A DNA stretch of 64,000 nt from an uncultured Verrucomicrobiae bacterium (lineage in GTDB: Bacteria; Chlamydiota; Chlamydiia; Chlamydiales; Rhabdochlamydiaceae). Position 1 is the stretch's first letter. Each line of letters opens with the position of its first letter. The stretch is taken from NCBI GenBank assembly GCA_963718565.1, contig OY970364.1, positions 2,220,059 to 2,284,058 on the forward strand, in the 5' to 3' direction. The notes under the pieces were generated by a model that saw only the letters and a list, made by a program, of their open reading frames with translations, had not been told where the DNA came from and made no database searches. Below, piece after piece: positions 61,019-64,000 of this stretch. Made by a program: the position numbers and the translations under genes.

Positions 61019-62215
61019 TTAAAAACCTGGTTTCAAGATCTCAGTTGCGGCAGCGGCAGCAGTTTCTTGGTCTCCGAGCCGTCTGATCAGAAGATCGCAC
61101 TCGTGTTGGACTGTTGCGCGATAAGATGGGTCAAGGAGAGCGTCTACTTCTTCTTTGAGGCTAGCTGGAGTGAAATGAGGGCCGATCAATTCAGCAAATA
61201 CTTCTTTTTGTGCAATGATGTTGACAATGCAGTAGAAACGAAGGCGGATGCGCAGGATATCGTAAGCGATGATTTTGTCGAGATGGGAAACCCCATAAGT
61301 CACAACTGTAGGGACGCGATGCAAAGCGAGCTCCAACGTGACCGTCCCTGATTTAGCAATAGCGACGAAGGCGGCCTTCATAAGTTCATAAGAATAATCC
61401 ATGGGAACGAAAACAACTTCTTCTTCCCGCCATCCTTGAGTTTTCATGATTTCCAAAATCAGCGGGGAGTAGCGTTCTTCGGAAACGGAAACAGCGGCCT
61501 GTAATTCAGGATCTTTTTTTATAAGATCTCGACAGACATCGAAATATAAAGGAAGGTTGCGCTCGATCTCTTGTTTACGGCTTCCGGGAAACAGAGCAAT
61601 GATTTTTTTGTCTAAAGACCCAATAGATGCCAAAATCATCGACTTTCTGCTGGCGTGCATTTTTGCAAGGGGGGCTAAAGTCAAGGTTTTGTAAGAATAA
61701 TGCTTTAAGCGCTCAATGAGTGGGTGTCCGACATAAGCAACGTCTAAAGCAGTGGCCGCAAACAATTCTTTTTCAAAAGGCAGAATCGACAAGAGGAGAT
61801 CGAGAGTTTCTGCCATCAGAGGAATTCTCTTCTTTCCCCAAGCCCAAACAGACGGGCAAATAAAATGAATCAGTTTTCCTTCAAACCCCTTTTTTCTTAA
61901 ATGTTTGACCATGCGCAAATTAAAGCCTGGGTAATCAATGGTGAGTACAGTCTTTGGTTTTAATTGTTGAATCTGGTTTGCGATGAAGTAAAACTGGCGA
62001 ATAAGTTTTGGCAGGGCAAGAAAGACGTCGATAAATCCCATGACCTGAAATTCTTCCATGGGCAAGATACAGTTCATTCCTTGAGAGCGCATCTTTGGAC
62101 CGCCCACGCCGGCAATTTTTAAATGGGGATTTTTTGCGTAAAGAGCCTGAAGCAGCTTTTCTCCATGCAAATCGCCGCTTTTTTCTCCTGCAAATACAAA
62201 TAAATCACAAGACAT
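61019..62215 (-). CDS. lpxB: Lipid-A-disaccharide synthase
   Basis: AGEKSGDLHG, IDYPGFN, PSVWAW, YVGHPL, LFPGSRKQEI, KSGTVTLELAL. Confidence 0.95.
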   Translation of the reverse strand: MSCDLFVFAGEKSGDLHGEKLLQALYAKNPHLKIAGVGGPKMRSQGMNCILPMEEFQVMGFIDVFLALPKLIRQFYFIANQIQQLKPKTVLTIDYPGFNLRMVKHLRKKGFEGKLIHFICPSVWAWGKKRIPLMAETLDLLLSILPFEKELFAATALDVAYVGHPLIERLKHYSYKTLTLAPLAKMHASRKSMILASIGSLDKKIIALFPGSRKQEIERNLPLYFDVCRDLIKKDPELQAAVSVSEERYSPLILEIMKTQGWREEEVVFVPMDYSYELMKAAFVAIAKSGTVTLELALHRVPTVVTYGVSHLDKIIAYDILRIRLRFYCIVNIIAQKEVFAELIGPHFTPASLKEEVDALLDPSYRATVQHECDLLIRRLGDQETAAAAATEILKPGF

Positions 62216-62232
62216 CGATAGTTCCCAATATT

Positions 62233-63489
62233 TTAACTTTCTTGGCCTGCTCTGGTTTTAGAAGTGTCCGTCGCTTGTTTGCGTTTTTTTCTTCTTCGAA
62301 GACGGTATTGCTCGGGGACTTGCATCGCATGCGTCCATTCTTCCCAAATCGTTTGATAAGCGGGTTCGAGCGCGCAGCGCACTTCGAAAAATTTAAGCGC
62401 ATAAGAAAATTCGGGATCATTGGGAATGCGAATGCGTCTTACTTTCTTTTTTTCGAGAGGAGTTAAACGGTACTGCGAGGTTAAAATAGAAATCAGGCTT
62501 GCTTTCATTCTTCGTGAAAGATGAAAAAAGGGAAGGAAGATCTCATTGATCTGTTCATGGGCTTCTTTGCTGATTTCCCCAAAATGGGGGATTTTTTCGC
62601 GATCGGCATAGCGGGTTGCCATTCTTTTTTCCATCAATGGATAGACCAGGCAAGATAAAAGCACCGATCGAGGAAGTAGAAGTCTGGACGGATCATGGAA
62701 AGTTGTATCCACTTCTTTGAGATAGGCAAAAACTTCTGCACCTTCGTTGGATTCCATAAATTCGCCGAATGCTGGCATCATCAGATGAATAAAGCCATGC
62801 TCGGACAAAAGCCGAAAAAAAGATTCTGAAGCCCCTGATTCCAACATACGCAATAATTCCTCTTGAACACGCGCTGGAGAACTTTTGACGATCTCTTGAC
62901 GGCATTCTAAGAGGGCCACACGTGCAGCAGGGTCTACATCGAACTTGAAACGCGCTTGAAATTTGATTAAACGAAGCATGCGAACGGGATCTTGGCGGAA
63001 ACGAATATAGGGTTGCCCGATTGCGCGTAGAAACTTTTTTTGCAAATCTGGATAGCCGCCAACATAATCGATGATCTGCTGAGTTGCGGGATCATAAAAA
63101 AGTCCATTGATTGTAAAATCGCGGCGGAGGACGTCTTCCTCAGGGGTACCCCAGATATTATCTCGAAGGATCAGCGCGTCATTTTCGGGATCTCCCGAGC
63201 GAAATGTGGACACTTCTAGGACTTTCTTGCCAAAGCGGATGTGGGCTAACCTGAAACGTCTGCCGATCAAGATGCAATTGCGAAAGAGTTGCTTGATTTC
63301 TTCGGGCTCGGCAGAAGTAGAAATATCAAAATCTTTAGGTTTTTGATTGAGAAGTAAATCGCGCACGCTGCCTCCGACCAGGTAGGCGATATGGCCGTTG
63401 ACGCGAAGCTTCTCCATGACGTAAAGGGCGTCAGGATCGACATGATTTATTGGAAGCTGATGTTCTTCAAACGAGTAGGTTTTTTGCAC
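62233..63489 (-). CDS. pcnB: Poly(A) polymerase / tRNA nucleotidyltransferase family protein
   Basis: VGGSVRDLL..PKDFDI, LIGRRFRLAHIRF (PAP signature), RRDFTING, QDPVRMLR. Confidence 0.88.
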   Translation of the reverse strand: MQKTYSFEEHQLPINHVDPDALYVMEKLRVNGHIAYLVGGSVRDLLLNQKPKDFDISTSAEPEEIKQLFRNCILIGRRFRLAHIRFGKKVLEVSTFRSGDPENDALILRDNIWGTPEEDVLRRDFTINGLFYDPATQQIIDYVGGYPDLQKKFLRAIGQPYIRFRQDPVRMLRLIKFQARFKFDVDPAARVALLECRQEIVKSSPARVQEELLRMLESGASESFFRLLSEHGFIHLMMPAFGEFMESNEGAEVFAYLKEVDTTFHDPSRLLLPRSVLLSCLVYPLMEKRMATRYADREKIPHFGEISKEAHEQINEIFLPFFHLSRRMKASLISILTSQYRLTPLEKKKVRRIRIPNDPEFSYALKFFEVRCALEPAYQTIWEEWTHAMQVPEQYRLRRRKKRKQATDTSKTRAGQES

Positions 63490-63649
63490 TTAAAATCTTA
63501 ATGTCGGTAAAGGTTACAATCTATTAGCAAAAGTTTAAAAAGTCAAGCATAAAGCAAACCAGCAGTGTAAATAAAAATGTTGAGGCTAGGCATTATTTCA
63601 ATAAGAAATGAAAGTTACGCAAATTTTACGGTAAATGTTCACCTTCCGC

Positions 63650-63852
63650 TACGTCCTCAAAAACCTATGGCAAGCACTGAATGTCATTTGGATCCATGCC
63701 AGGCTTTGCATTTATCGATCATTAACTTCCTTGAAGACTCTGGCAAAAGTTGAAGACCATTTCGATCCGTGCCCAATCAAGATCGATAAGTGGTAAGTTT
63801 GGCATGGATCAAAATGGTCTTCAACTTTTGCCATGAGTTTTTAAGGACGTAC
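63650..63852. mobile_element. MITE family D, internally deleted copy
   Basis: Both TIRs present; direct repeat CACCTTCCGC at 63640-63649 and 63853-63862. Confidence 0.88.
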
Positions 63853-64000
63853 CACCTTCCGCCTTCGGCACGAGCAATGAAGGGAAATTTTTTTTTAAAA
63901 ACTCTTCTTTCCAGTAATAGTTGCTGAGTAGCTCTTCAGTGCTGCGGCCTAAGAGCGCGTAAGCAGCGTATATTGCTTCAATCGAGGCAAGTCCTCTTGA
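63821..64000 (-). CDS. 3' end of a Tsr3/DUF367-like protein (partial); stop lies inside MITE D
   Basis: Manual translation [59 protein letters not shown]. Confidence 0.55.
   Translation of the reverse strand, partial: SRGLASIEAIYAAYALLGRSTEELLSNYYWKEEFLKKNFPSLLVPKAEGGTSLKTHGKS

Overview
Chromosomal window from an environmental member of the Chlamydiae. Evidence is the chlamydial gene order (rnc-radA-hemC; sod-accD-dut-ptsN-ptsN; truA-SWIB; prfB-GNAT-yebC; ptr-GPAT-rng-plsX-rpmF; lpxB-pcnB). Housekeeping genes fill about 1-23.5 kb and 42-64 kb. Between the 3' end of aconitase (acnA) and tRNA-Leu(CAA) lies an AT-rich ~18 kb accessory block. It is a tandem array of five related ankyrin-repeat genes: three uninterrupted ORFs (one with an F-box-like segment), one with a nonsense codon and one 5'-truncated. 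The array arose by repeated duplication of a unit running from the acnA 3' end to just past tRNA-Leu, and it left three extra acnA-tail copies and a decayed tRNA. The block carries IS256 (one copy inserted into another), IS66-like, IS701-like and IS630 elements, a ~660 bp foldback element, and an IS630-disrupted F-box/LRR-like gene. Several MITE/palindromic families are scattered through the window, and some change coding sequence: one replaces a stop codon and supplies a new RBS/start, one extends a C-terminus, and a 63-nt in-frame insert sits in lpxB. No CRISPR array or rRNA was seen. All family assignments come from motif recognition by eye, without database searches.
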